Made by a program: the position numbers and the translations under genes. Shown here piece by piece: positions 48,680-62,400 of a DNA stretch of 64,000 nucleotides. The stretch spans positions 62,001 to 126,000 of the forward strand of contig NOWV01000167.1 of NCBI GenBank assembly GCA_003344405.1. The letters run 5' to 3'. Every line of letters begins with the position of its first letter. Position 1 is the first letter of the stretch. The stretch is from Trichoplax sp. H2. Taxonomy: Eukaryota. The notes under the pieces are model-generated. The model was not told the DNA's origin and did not search any database. It saw nothing but the letters and a program-made list of their open reading frames with translations.

Positions 48680-49610
48680 AAATTGAAATTGAATTCATTT
48701 TTGCCGTTATAGATTATATGCCGAACCTTTCTCAGGTCTAGTAATATCTTAAAAATGCTAGATAGAAGATAGAATTACTGAAATAATGTGCGAAAATTAA
48801 AAAATAAAGGCTATGAGTTAGTGAAATTGAAATTTGAATCCAGTTTATGTTCTATACGTAATTAAATATAAAATTGCAAGATTTGATGATTTATTGATAA
48901 TATTTTAGATAGACGGTAGAATTGCTGAGATAATGTGCGAGATTTTGAGAAATAAAGGCTATGGCCTTTCAATTGTAAGATTTGGCAATTTATTAATAAT
49001 ATCAGATAGTGGATCGAACGATTGAGGTAATGTGCACAATTTGAGTGATAAAGGTTATAAGTTAATGAGCTGAACTTTGAATTCAGTTTGTGTTATAATG
49101 GAATATATAAACGTAAGATTTGGTAACGTATTGACGATGTTTGATAGAAGATAGAATTACTGAGATGATATGCTATGAGATAATATACTTAATTTGAGGA
49201 ATGCAGACAAGAATTGTGAATTGAAACTGGAATTCAGTATATGCTGTTAAAATTTGTAAGATTTGGTGTTGTATTGATGATGTTAGATAGAGGATAGAAT
49301 TAATAAGAAAATGTGCGAAATTTAAGAAATAATGAGTTAATACATTGAAACTTGAAATCAGCTCTTGCTATTATAACCTGGGGGATTTGGTAATATATTG
49401 ATAATGTTAGGTAGATGATAAAATTACTTAGATAAAGCGCGAAATTTGAAGATTAAAGGAATTAATAATTAAAATTTGAATTCTGTTTATGCTGTTATAA
49501 TGGAATAAATAATTGTAAGATTTGGTAACATGTTACTAATGTTAAATGAAATGATGAAATGACTGAGATCATGAGCAAAATTGAAGGAATAAAGTCTTTG
49601 AGTTAAGGCA
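48680..49610. repeat. Degenerate tandem array, about 7 copies of about 100-145 bp
   Basis: TAGAATTACTGAG-like anchors at about 48770, 48917, 49014, 49152, 49296, 49419 and 49555; recurrent GTAAGATTTGGT, ATTGATAAT and ATGTGCGAAA. Confidence 0.85.
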
Positions 49611-50827
49611 ATAATGAAATGATCGATTTCTGTTAGAGTAATAGTGTAACGAGGTAATAGAATAATCTACCGTAGTATGGTGTAACAAATTATGATGCAA
49701 AATCATCTTTTCAACTTTCTCATTTGTTTGGGGTCATGAAGATCTTCTTTATTGTATTGCTGCTGTTATTAATCATACAGTAATACTCTTATATTGAACG
49801 TGACAAGAAATTCAAATTCTTTGCAAATAATTGAATCTATCCAAGTCTTTTGAGTAGAACTTAGCAATTGCATTTATAGATGCGGCAAACCGTGTCACTT
49901 TAAATCGTAGATAATTTTAAGAAAAGGATAACATAAATTTTCGAACAATTTAACGTGTTATACAAGTTTGTATAGACGCATACATCGCTAGTCTAGCAAT
50001 ATTGCTAAGAGTTGATCAGGAAATACCAACTAGCTCAGGAATAGATTAGCTGTTTAGCATTCATTCTCTTTCATGTTCTCTTTCATTACACAATTACTAC
50101 CAGTACTATAGGAATTGCCACTTAAGTAGTAGTTAGAAAGTCGCCTTAACGAATGTAGATAATAAATTTCTTCAATAAAATGGTTAATTTTACAAACGTA
50201 TTCCACAGCAATATAAAACATTACAGCTACTATTTTGATTCATCTAATCATTAATCAGTTTCATTCTAAAGTTATAACTAATTGTATCCTAAATTGAGCA
50301 TCTGAAGTCAAATAGTTAGCTTGCATACTCATTGAGTATATATTAGTGATAATTGTTATTGTTAACGAATAAATCCGTTAGCAGGTCTTGAAAGATGGAA
50401 ATTATTACAAATATGGTATTTAAGATAGATACAGAACGCGAAATAAATCGCCAACTGTTGAAGGTTAGGGTTAGTCTCTGGAAATTGAAGATTTAAATTA
50501 GAGTAATTACAAGTTTTCATCATCCAAGTGATAATAACAGTTCAATCTATGATTATGAATAAACAAAAAAATGCTATGATAGACTAGAATCGATATTAGT
50601 TAAAACCACTCTTTCAGGACAGGAAATTGATGCAACTAGTAGCTATAAATGCTGTAATAGTTTACAACAGGTCAAATTAATAATAAAAGGGGAAGTGATG
50701 AAATCAAGTTAAATTTAGATAAATTTTTTTATCAATACATCGTCAAAATTGAATGCTGGCTTTAATATCTATCGAAATAAGACCAGCCAATGAATCTCTT
50801 TTCACTTCAAAATCTTTCCTTTTTCTC

Positions 50828-53800
50828 CTAACTGTTAAGGCTAGTCAGGGCGTTATTGGAAGGCGAGGAAGGTGATAAATGGCTACTGCTACTTGCACTG
50901 CTACATTTAGACGGACTTGAAATAGATGCATAACTCGAGTAATTTGCTTCTATAAAGCGATTGATGGATATATCATCAAATGACTGCGCATTCATGCCTG
51001 CATATCGGTCTCCATTTTGATCGCCGATGTAACCCCATTCGTCGATTGTACTTTCACGACTAGAGTAAGGCTCTGAATAACGCCTTACTCGATTGCTTTT
51101 CTCCTTTATATTTTCTGCCACTTCCGAATTGCATTGTGCAATTTCGTCAACCTGTTGATGATCTGTCGAAGGAGAAGGTTTTGGACAAGTCTGTAATAAC
51201 TTTTCTAGTTCAGACGGTCCATCCTTTGGCTTTTGACGTTGATATTCAATTTGAGTTTTCAACCATCGAGACATGACCATTTTTTGCATCAATTTCTGCC
51301 TGTCTCCTTCTGATAATCGACGTCTTTTATTCAAGGCATTTAATAGCAGTGTGATATTTCCAGCTTTAGCTTGAATTTTACATTGACGCTGTTTGCTTGT
51401 ATTTCGACGACCTGCCGTTGATTTCTTCTTACCCATATTCAATCTGTTTTGCTTTTCATAACCTGAAACTGATGGTTTATGGCATAGCGGCTTAGGTTGC
51501 GCTTGTTGAGCTAAATTGGCCTCGGTACTCATCTATGAAAGATAATTAAGGTATAATCATTTAAGTAATTTACCTCAATAGCTTAGTAATTATTAAATCT
51601 ATCTTTAACTATATCTGGTAATGAAAACAATTAGTAAATAAGCAAGTCTAGTTAATGCAGTAAGATATATTGCTTTAATCCTTTCTTACCAGCGTCGAAC
51701 TTGAGGAGTAACTTTTTAAGTTCATGGTAGCTGAAGTATCTGGCATCGTGTAAGAGCAATTGACTAATTCTTGTTGGTTGGGGTAAGAACAGTTGTAATT
51801 TTTTCGGCTATCTTCACTAGTATATTGTGTAAAACTGGGTATAGCTGTATAACCATGACCATATTGAAAGATTGGTTCTTCCATGGATAAGGTACTTGTT
51901 GTTGGATTAATGATAGGAGCAGATGGGTAATTTCTAGTGGTCGCTGGATAAAATAGGTCGTTATAATCATCAGAGCTTGTACTAGCGAAAGACTGATCGA
52001 TATCGACATTCGGCGCACTAACAGAAGCTGCCATATCATGAAGCTGAGACATGGTGGGCTCTTGGTTTGACATGGCAGTCATGACTGAGCTAAAAGTAAC
52101 ATTATCACTGGATACTGATGTTGAAGTCGAGTTAAAATCAAATGTATCCATAGAAGATTGACTGATTGGGCAAGTGCTGCCCGTTGTTGTCGTCAATGCT
52201 ACCGAGTGTTGTGTTGATGGATAGGAATAAGCAATTTCTTGATCTAAATCAGTGGTTAAATCCATCATTTCTTCAGTAGGAGATCTCTCATTGGCTAAAG
52301 GCGACGGCTGATATTGGATATCATTATGCCTTGATGGTGAAGGATTTCCTGCCGTAGTGATTATGGGCGAAAGGGGATCCGAAATAGGGCTGTTCGAGTT
52401 GCCTATGCCATGGCTACCCTTAGAAGTATCATTTTGGTAAGCTGGCTCAGAAGATGCTTGAATTTTATCTTCTGCTTTCCTAATAATTGAAAGTTCTATT
52501 GATTAATTGTATACTTCTACCATATTCTATCTCAATATACGAGTATTACAGACGAGCAGCGTAATCGACATACCTAATGGCAACGTTGTCACTTATTAAG
52601 TAATCAATTTCTCCATTCTGTTGCCGAGAGACGCCAATATTGGATTTTAGCCATGTACAGCTGCCACTTTTCGTTAACAGTCGGTACAGCACATGATGGC
52701 AATGGCCTTCATTAATGGCTATAAAAATAACACGAAACATGGTGATGATTAGCAATTGAAAATTGATGTTAGCCTTAAAGTATAAACTTGATAGACTGAT
52801 AACACAAAACACGACGGTAGTTTACGATTAAAAATCAATATTCAGTATTGCTTTCACGTTAAAGTACAAACTTGATCAACTGACAGCGAATAGAATCTTA
52901 AACAATGTCTGTCATGGAAAAGCTATGGTTGACTTTAAAGGTTATATTTTATAATAAATAAAACTTTACCAATTATCGCATTGAATTTACTAACTTTAAA
53001 GATGCCAAGTTACATTACAGTAAATACAATCGAATCTGACCAATTTGATAGGCTGTCTATCGCAAAATTTATTGCAATAACATCGTAGTAATTTATTGTT
53101 TTAATTGTAACATATCGAAATAGATAGTAGAAGGTAGGATAGGAATCATTTGTTACCTGATTTTTGGGCTTCCTTCAAGATTGAAACATCTTCCTCATGA
53201 ATATAGTTAAATATTGGCTGACCAATCATTTCATGGAATGCATACCCAGTAATATCAGTAAATCTGCAGCGTATTAATATACAAAATAAATCAATTTCTG
53301 ATTATTTATAAGCTATTTAGTAGAACATGATGTAGATGAGAACAATTTAAGTATTACTTGGCCGTTAATGACAGTTCTGCTTTTACTGCTACATATGAAT
53401 TCTATTACTACTGCACAAAAAGTATTCTAGAACGGATTTCGCTATCGTAAATGAAAGTGACGTATGGAACAAGCATATTCTACAGCGTAAAGAAATACCG
53501 TTGATCAATTTGCTGCACAATTCCGTTAACATCGCATAGCATTCTTGCATTGCCATTGGGAAGATCGCAAAGCGATGAACTTTTCCTTTTGCTAGCTAGT
53601 CTTGCAATACCGGTTAACCAAATATCGCGCACCAACTCAACATTATTAGACCCAGATGCTGGATTTGGTGAGGCAAGTGGAAAGCAAGAAGTCATAGCTA
53701 GTCGGCTAGATGCGGATAAGCTATAGTGATCTCCAAATTGGTTATTGCGTTGATTTAGTGACTGCATTTTATCAACCGCTGTAATAGAATAGATCAGGAA

Positions 53801-56800
53801 ATTAAAATACGATAGAGATAAAAAGTTGTTTACAAAGCCTTAAATTACTCCATGCCTTGAGGTTGCCTCTATTAGATGTATTTTGCAATTTTAAATGTTA
53901 AGATTATTGCGATCAACTAACCCACTTGAGTGCAATGTATAAATCCCGAGCATTGCAATTTGTAGAAAGAAGTTCTATCGACATTTTCAGAGATTCTGAC
54001 TGCAAACGATAATTTTTGTCTGTTGCAGTGATTGCAAAAAAATTGAGGTTTGACCATTCCTATTGAAGAGAAGGAAAGAATGGATAACTTTAAATACGTT
54101 CTAAAACGGCTTAATCTTAGAGATTTGCTAGTTTTATATCCAGTAGATCATAAAAAATGGATACCTTTGCAATATAGCTACATACCATACCGTACCTGAT
54201 ATTGCTGAACCGATTGAGGAACCAGAAATAGCAGGACAACCTGTTGAGTGATTGTGGAATTGATCTTGCAGTTGGATTACATCTTCATGATGAGCATAGG
54301 TAAATAAATTTCCTCCAATAACGTCCATCTACACCAAATTAATCAAGTTGATAAATATTAGATATAATATGAATAAAGGCTCTTCAATAATACTTAGTAA
54401 CCAAAGCTAACTAGGCCCATTGTGAAATGAAGGCGATGAATGGACATAAATTCTTAATTTAATACAGCTACGTTGTTTCGTTAGGTAATTTTTTACTTCA
54501 AGGGCTACCTTACATAGTATAAACTTATGAAAACAATTTATTATAGATCATGAACGGTTTTCGATGATCGATACCTTACTTTCTAATCATACTACGACTA
54601 AAGATTATCAAAATGTGAGGTTGCTGAAGCTCCATCAAATTTTTTTGCTGTGATATATCAATTTTAGTCTAAAAATAAAGCGTTCGAAAGCGATTTTCCA
54701 GTATTGTGTGCGAACATTATGTCTTAATCAGGGTCAATAAAAATATGTAGTAGTTATTCCTTGAAATATAAATGAAATCATACCAAAGATCGAAAGCAAT
54801 TTCTATTGAAGATAATAATCAAGACAATTTGATCCGTGCTTTCTATTACTTTAATTAATACTTTTAATGTATGGCACTAAATCATGCTAGAAGTTCCATA
54901 TTATTACCTCGATCAATTTTTTTAAGATCTGTGTTTACAAGTTTATTAACGTTCCTACTATAAAAAATATTGATTGATAATGCTGCAAAATGTTCATTAA
55001 TTCATATAATTGAACTACAGTTGCAAACATAGTCTGATCGGAACATAAAGAGAATAAAGTATAAAATAGAGGTAGAATTTTTACCTTATTACACTTAAGA
55101 ACTGTCTCAATACTAGGAGAAACGAATAATATATGGCCTGATCGTGACATGACGAATAGAAATCCATCAATTGCCTGCAAAGAAAACGAAATTGTCAGAT
55201 TTAGATTCCATGATGTGCCAATATCAAGAGCTAAATTAATACATCAGTGAAAGCAGAGATTTTTACTTCTAACGCCAACTGTGATAATTGGTAATTATCA
55301 TCTTGAAAATTTGAGGATGGCTGATTGTCTGATTTAACATGATTTAATCATATCGGTTAGAAAATTAATAATTTAATTGCTGAATCATATCTCTGAACAT
55401 AAATATGCCACTACTATACTGATATATACAAGATACAAATTTTGTCCAGTACAACAAATTTATCTTACCATAATCTTCCTGTTCTTGAGTACTGTAAGTC
55501 ATCAATAGTCTTTCAATGAAACATTTAAGTTTCTCATCACTAAATTTACTATCAAAATGAATAAAAGTACATTCTAAGAGATATATATCAATAGCTTATT
55601 CATTACAGCATGAAATTCTTATTCTTAAATTTGCTATTAAATGAATAAAAATTTATTCCACGAATATATAATATCATTAGCGTATTCATTACGACATTAA
55701 ATCCTTATGCTTAAATTTGCTATCTAAATGTATAAAAATTCATCTTAAGTATATATGTATGTCATTAGCGTATAAATTCTAGATAAAATAAATTCTTTGT
55801 CTGTCTTAATATGTATTGATAGCAACAATACTGTACAAAGTATTTTTTATAAAAAATAAACTTATGCTCGTGTCTGATTTATTCACGATAATTTATTATC
55901 ATACAGATAATTTTATAACAGATTAGATGTAAAGCAATTCGAACCGTAATGAATCGTTTAAGTAAAAATTCAAGGGATATGCAGTCGTTATTAAATTAGC
56001 ACATTTATTTACGTGTACTAATAGAATAATAGTGTACAAATTATCCTTAAAATTTAAGACTAATCTCGCCTCTAACTACCGTTTGCCGTGACTGATTAAA
56101 TATATTGTATTAAATTTTCAATGGTAAATTAAAATGTCATTTAGCTCAATTAAACTAATTTAAATAACATTTATGGGATATATTTTTGCGGCATTTATAG
56201 CAGATACATTTCTATATGCTTATAGTCTAATCTTACATTAATTGTTTATCAAAAAATCTAGAATACACCGTACTTGTTTTAAATTCTATAATCATTAGGG
56301 ATCACGCAGATATTTGCTAAGTAACTTCGATGAATACAATTAAATGTAATTAGTACTCAAATAAAAAATTAAATGAGATATATTTATATAAGTAACTGCT
56401 AGTATCTATATTATAATTATATGAAGACTGGTTGAATTTTCCATATAGGCGTTTAAATAAGATTATACTGATGTTAATAATGGATTGAAAACTTTTTCAT
56501 TCTGTTTATTTGAAAGAAAAAATGCGTCTGTCGGCTTATTGACATTACTGGTGCGATATCCGATGGAACGTAATAATATTGGTTAGGTATAATTTTGAAA
56601 GTTTTGTGGCCTTGCAATTATCTTCGAAATTATGCAAATAAGTAAAAGGATTTGTATACTTTGTATCGGTTAATCTTATAGAGTAAGTAATATATTAGGT
56701 TTGTTTTGAATAATTATAAATTCATAATACCAAGTTATAATCACTAATATTAAGCTGTACAGAAAGCTTAATTTGTGGCACGATTGCTACGATAATGCGC

Positions 56801-57131
56801 GAATTCTTTATCACGCAGGGGTCTAAATTAATTTAATGTATAAGTGTATTCTCCGTATGCAAATGCAGAGAATAGAAATGTCTTAACTGTTTTGAAAAAA
56901 AATTTTTAGTTGTATCGTATGATTTTTAAGATTAATAAATACAGAAGTCATTTTCCGCACGTTTTTAGCGTCTTCTTAGGTCTGAGTTGAATTTTGGTGA
57001 TTTTTTTATCCTATGTTTATTCTAAGAAATCCTATTCATGGTACAAATCTATTTAATACTGTTGCATTGAATGCTCATAAAAGAACTTACGTGTATAGAT
57101 GCTCCTCTTCTTGTGGATTAATCGTTTCCAT
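50828..57131 (-). CDS. PAS-A/PAS-B domain protein of bHLH-PAS superfamily type, about 843 aa; no bHLH found; first two exons tentative
   Basis: Exons 57131-57091, 55509-55469, 55328-55267, 55174-55085, 54328-54196, 54059-53922, 53778-53499, 53263-53157, 52718-52574, 52479-51690 and 51532-50828 join in frame (2532 nt). PAS-A: LALEAIDGFLFVMSRSGHILFVSPSIETVL..DVIGGNLFTYAHHED. PAS-B/PAC: IDQRFTDITGYAFHEMIGQPIFNYIHEED..YRLLTKSGSCTWLKS..EIDYLISDN. Long S/T/P-rich C-terminus. Confidence 0.82.
55535..55800. repeat. Degenerate tandem array, 3 copies of about 85 bp (intron of the PAS gene)
   Basis: AAATTT(A/G)CTAT..AAATG(A/T)ATAAAA at about 55542, 55627 and 55713. Confidence 0.75.
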
Positions 57132-58939
57132 TTTAACTCAATTTCCAACGATTATAAATTAAAATCGCTATATAGAGATGAAATCAATTTGAGTAAACTT
57201 AATTATCGGGAAAGAATTGAGTTGATGATAATTAGAAGTGCTGAGATGAAAGATAAGCATTTAAAAATGAAAAATTTTCCCTTTTTCAGACAAAAACATT
57301 GCTTAACATTAGCCTCTAATATTGCATGAAAGTTCAATTTTTTACCTTCAAAATAGGTTTAGTATGCCTTTCTTCTTCAGTAGTGTAAATGTTACTTAGG
57401 GTTGTTTCGTTGAGGTATTCACAGGTTAACTAAAGTAATTTCAAGGTTCCTAAAGGAATTTATCCTTTGAACCTCAGTAAAAGTTTATTTATATTCTTGT
57501 CCAAGTAGCCAATCAATGATTTTAAATAAGATATTCCAATAAATAAATCTGGCGACACCCTCCATCATTTATTCAAGGCAATGGTATTATTTTGAGTGAT
57601 AATATTGTCAGTGCCATGCAAGAATGCTAATTAGTCACGAAAGTAGCACGAGCTAGTCCAATGTGATCTGTCATGATGTTGAAAGCTATACAGTGAAGGC
57701 GATATTATTAAAGTTACGTCAAATTGTTATAGATATTGCTAAAATCGCTGGCAGGTGGTCTCTCATGTTCAATATAGCCAATAAAAGATATGGAATGAAT
57801 ATGAGGTCACGACGGAATTTATTTATTCTTGGAAGTTGTTTAGATTTTTAAGCAGCTTAGAATAACAGCAAGCTTACTGACTTAAGACAAGCATGAAATT
57901 TTACTATATGCATGAATATGCAATAACTAGTCACGTTTAGAAATAACTGCAGTATGTTTCAATTTTATGAGTATAGATAGTCCAGCTAAGAAATTTATGA
58001 CGTATTCTCTCAAAATTAACTGCTAAAAAATCCATCATGCATCATTTTTTTATCACCTAATCAAGTATTGCACTTAGAACTTGTAAGTAACTAGAAGTAG
58101 TCGAGAATATCGTCTGATCTATGCTGTAGAAATCAGAAAAATTATGTACTAGTAAGTTATTAATCAGGCTGATTTAAGATAGCATATAAATTCTACAAGC
58201 CGATTATTTCTTCCTACTCTATATATATTTAAATCACTAGCGATTATGCCTAAATGTTATTATTGATCTCAGAAGAACTTAGCAAGCACTACTGATAATA
58301 TAGGATAGATTTGGAAGCAGGCAGAATTCATAAATTGAAAATTTAGAAAGTATCGAAATCCCTCATAATAATTTATCATATCTTTTTGCGTAATACTTGG
58401 CTGTATTTTGATTTGATAATTTTATACACGTATAACTTCTTATGGTGTCGTAATAAATTCAAGCAAATGTTATATTCAATTTATCTGTATAAATGCTAAA
58501 TATTAGTATAAAAAAGTCGTATATTACGACTTCTTGACAGTAAACAGTTATGTCTACTTAGTTACTTAATATTGGGTAACAATTTTTTGTAACTTCACTC
58601 TTTATAAAATAGGATTGAATTAAGAATTAAAAAGGAAGGATTTTGTCAAAAATAGAACAAGAGTATAACTGTCAATTGTAGTCGTATCTTACTTGTCTAA
58701 TTATATTCGGCTAAATCTATTATCATCAGTTAGATTGCTCAATATTGTAGTAACTTCTCCAAAATACTTTGGAATAATCAAAATACAAGTATATTAAGTA
58801 TAGTCTTTGATATAATCTATTCGTAATTATTCATCAGAGGATATTGTATCGCTTCACTTGGACAGTACGGGATTTGAGTTATCTCAGTAATAATTTAATT
58901 TTAGTTGAAAGTGATAAAAGGAAAGTTTTTAATAAACTT

Positions 58940-59460
58940 TATCGTCGTTGTGACAAATTACGGCTTAGGTCTTACCACATTCTGATATCAGAATAGATTT
59001 TAGTTGTTATTAGCTTTTTTACGATTGATGATGGGGAGAATTTAATTTTACAGTATTTAGATAATCTAAATAAAAATTAATATGAGATAGATAGTTGTGC
59101 GAAAGTCATAACCATGTAAATGCAATTTTACCATAAATTATTGCATTGAATTTTATAGCCTGAGTATAAAGTATAAAAAAACATTAAGTTGAATTATGGA
59201 GTAATTTGAGTATAAAATTTAACAGCTATTTTCCTCGTTGTAACAGATTATAGTTTAGATCTTACATCATTCTGATATCAGAATAGATATTACTTATAAC
59301 CGACTTTGTTTATAGTTGATGCATGAGCAGAATTTAACTTCGCAGTATTTAGATAATCTGAATAAAATTTAGTATGAGATGAATAGTTTATGATAATCAT
59401 AATCATATAAATGCAATTTTACCAAAAACTGCGATCATTAAACTTTATCATCTGAGTATT
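58940..59460. repeat. Direct duplication, period 290 bp, each copy containing a perfect 16-bp palindrome
   Basis: ATTCTGATATCAGAAT at 58979-58994 and 59269-59284; shared CAGTATTTAGATAATCT, TATGAGAT, AAATGCAATTTTACCA and CTGAGTAT blocks. Confidence 0.85.
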
Positions 59461-62400
59461 CTGCGAAAGAATAATGTTGCAAGAATGCATTAAGAAGTCA
59501 GCTACTAAAAAATTAATTTGATATCAACGGTATTGCTTTACAGCATTTTTATTTTTAAAGCATAGAAGAATTTTAAAATAAATATCTTAAAAATTCAAAC
59601 GAGAATAGATATTTGCATTTATCGTTTATATAAATTACATGATCTATACTACGGTATTCGATACTTAATTAACCTTACGAGATTCGTATGCAAATTTAAT
59701 CAATAACTTTGGTGGAATACAAATCTGCCTCTGCTAAGGTTAGGCTTACAATAAATCGAGAATACAAGATAGATTGAAACGCTATAAAATAACTATAGGA
59801 TATTGTTACCAATAGAGCACTAGCTGCGTATTGGCACTATATTGACGATCACTAAGGTGTTCATTATTAAACAATTTCAATCAATTTGAATGCTTGATCA
59901 TATTTATTATTATTGTAAGAAATTCCTTTTTAATTGGATCCTAAAATTAAACATTTATAAATCAAAAATGAAGCCAATAAATTCATTGGAGGCATTCCAG
60001 CAATGATGTTTATTTATTTCTATCACATCAGTTTTCGGAATGATTAATGCAATAGAGTCTTATGAAGGCAACTATTAAATAGATCGACATGCAATCTCTT
60101 TATAACTCCATACTTCAGTATTAATATATACGAGGATTTTATATTTATGTGATACATGAATCTAGTACATATTCGACAAAAGTCTTGCATATCGTATAAA
60201 TATAGCCAGTTTATAAGCAGATAAGAAAAACAGAACAACACAAGTTATACATTCAAATATATCAATATACCAGTGATTATTATACAGAAGTGCTAAATAC
60301 TTATATAGCGAGATATAAAAGTAATGCATAGTTAATAACATATTTATAAAATTTAGGCGGCAATATGCTATTGTTTTCAATTGGTAGTTAGCCAAATGGG
60401 TATGATGATGATGATACGGCATATGGAATTAAAAATTTTATTGTATACTGCTATACGCTGTGCTTAACCATCTAATTTAAATTCATAGATAGAAAACACA
60501 TTCATAAGTCTAACTTCGATTTTAATCCAATAAATTAAGGTCATAATGTACGATTTTATGATTTTATGTTTTTAAGCATGGGTAGACAATATTTTGCTGA
60601 ATTTCTCAAGATTATTATTATAAGGACTAAAAATTATTTTACTGTACACTGATATCAGTTATCAGCTGTAATATTATTGAAAACTAATATCTCACTCCCC
60701 TTTATCGTATGAGGGTGCAATTTTTATCGCATTTACATTTGTTAATGAGGAAAGTAAGTTAGCTTTGTATGGTATGTATTCATTATGCTAGCAATATACA
60801 ATTCTTTTTCTTTGATCATATTGTTGTCAATATCTTCAATCTTCCTAGTTCCATGTACTGTATATTTGAGCCATATCCTCTAAATGTCAGAAAAATACTA
60901 ACTTGAAAAGCATGGTAATCCTATTTAGTCATTACTGATTGGATTATCACATGTTGTATCGTTTAATGCCTACTAATTTCAGTACTGATATACAATATTA
61001 GTAGAATTAGCAAGTAGTAAGGTCCGATTAGCTTCATTACTTTAAGGTTCTTGTCAAATTGGTAGATAGCGATTTTACTTAATCAAATATTTTCGGCACT
61101 ATATCTATTACCTAGGCTAAAAATCATAATTGATGTTAGATACTGTAATATGCATAGTACATCTTCTGCCGGATTCTATAGCAGTCTAACTGATCATTCA
61201 TTCAGGAGGTTTTGTTTACCAATATTTTTAGGATGTAAATAAATGCTATATATTAGCGAAATATCATGATAAGAGACTCTAAAAGGCTGCAATTTTGAAT
61301 CATTGACCTAAATATTGACATTAGCTATATCTACTTTCTTGAAGTGCGTTCCATAACTGCTTCCCAGAAATTAGTATGATAGTACTCAACGTATATTCCA
61401 AATGGTAGATCATGACATCTTGTCGTATAAGTAAAAATAGCAATTATGAAAACATTCCCGCGTACAATACGCTGTAATGATACAATTATTTTTCTCATTT
61501 TTTCGTCAGTAACACTGCAAAACATTCCCTTTGCTTAAAAACACTTGCCATTAAATAATAGCTAACAAATAATTTCCTTTTTAATTGTAGAGTAAAATTT
61601 CGAATACGTATAGGCTATGAATATAGGGTGATTTAATTTTTTCCAATGGCGATATAAAATTAGCAGTATAGTTGTTAAACATGATTATATTCCGATTACT
61701 GTAGTTATGAGCAATCTTCATTAGTTGTAATGTAGTCGTTAGTCATGACAATAAGCTTCTAATGTTGATATACTTGTTTTTCAGAATCAAAATTCTGAAA
61801 TATATTATAAATGAAAGCTTAATAGTTCTCTATCTGCTCTATTGATAATTTAACAGCAGTTATAATAGTATACAGTAGATCAATAGACTGGAATCAAAAA
61901 TAAAACAAAATGCAATAAAAACAACAAATTTTTTAACCAGTTTTCAAAAGGATTCAATTCGGACTGATGGGTTATAATTAATAATAATAGAATATAATAT
62001 ACTAAAGTCATTTTTAATCATTTACCTTAGCTGTTTATTCCATACTAAGAACAAAGCAAGTTTATCAGTTGCTTAGTTATATTAGTGTGTAAGTAAATGC
62101 TGAATATAACCAAAATATGCCAAATTTATGAAATTTATACGTAGTTTTTTTTATAGAAGTAACAATGTCTACTTGAAGTAAACAGGCATCTACTAAAATA
62201 TAAAACGATGCATCCATAAGTTATTATTTTGTATATGTCAATGGTGAAATAAATAATAAACATTATTAAATTACGTAATACATGCAAATTTGAAAGCAAC
62301 CGAATATGGTATGTATGTAGATACATCATGGTCCTAATGCAAAAAATATTTTTCGTATTTCAGTCAATTGCATCCGAGCAGATGTTGCTTCTACGAGTAT

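Noticed and set aside
53358-53479. Possible extra PAS-gene exon
   Set aside because: The flanking exons already join in frame (IDQR|FTDITGY), and the candidate has an incompatible phase or a stop.
57346-57429. 84-nt AG..GT-bounded open segment upstream of the PAS ATG
   Set aside because: It does not join in frame to the downstream exons and is not bHLH-like; at most a 5' UTR exon.
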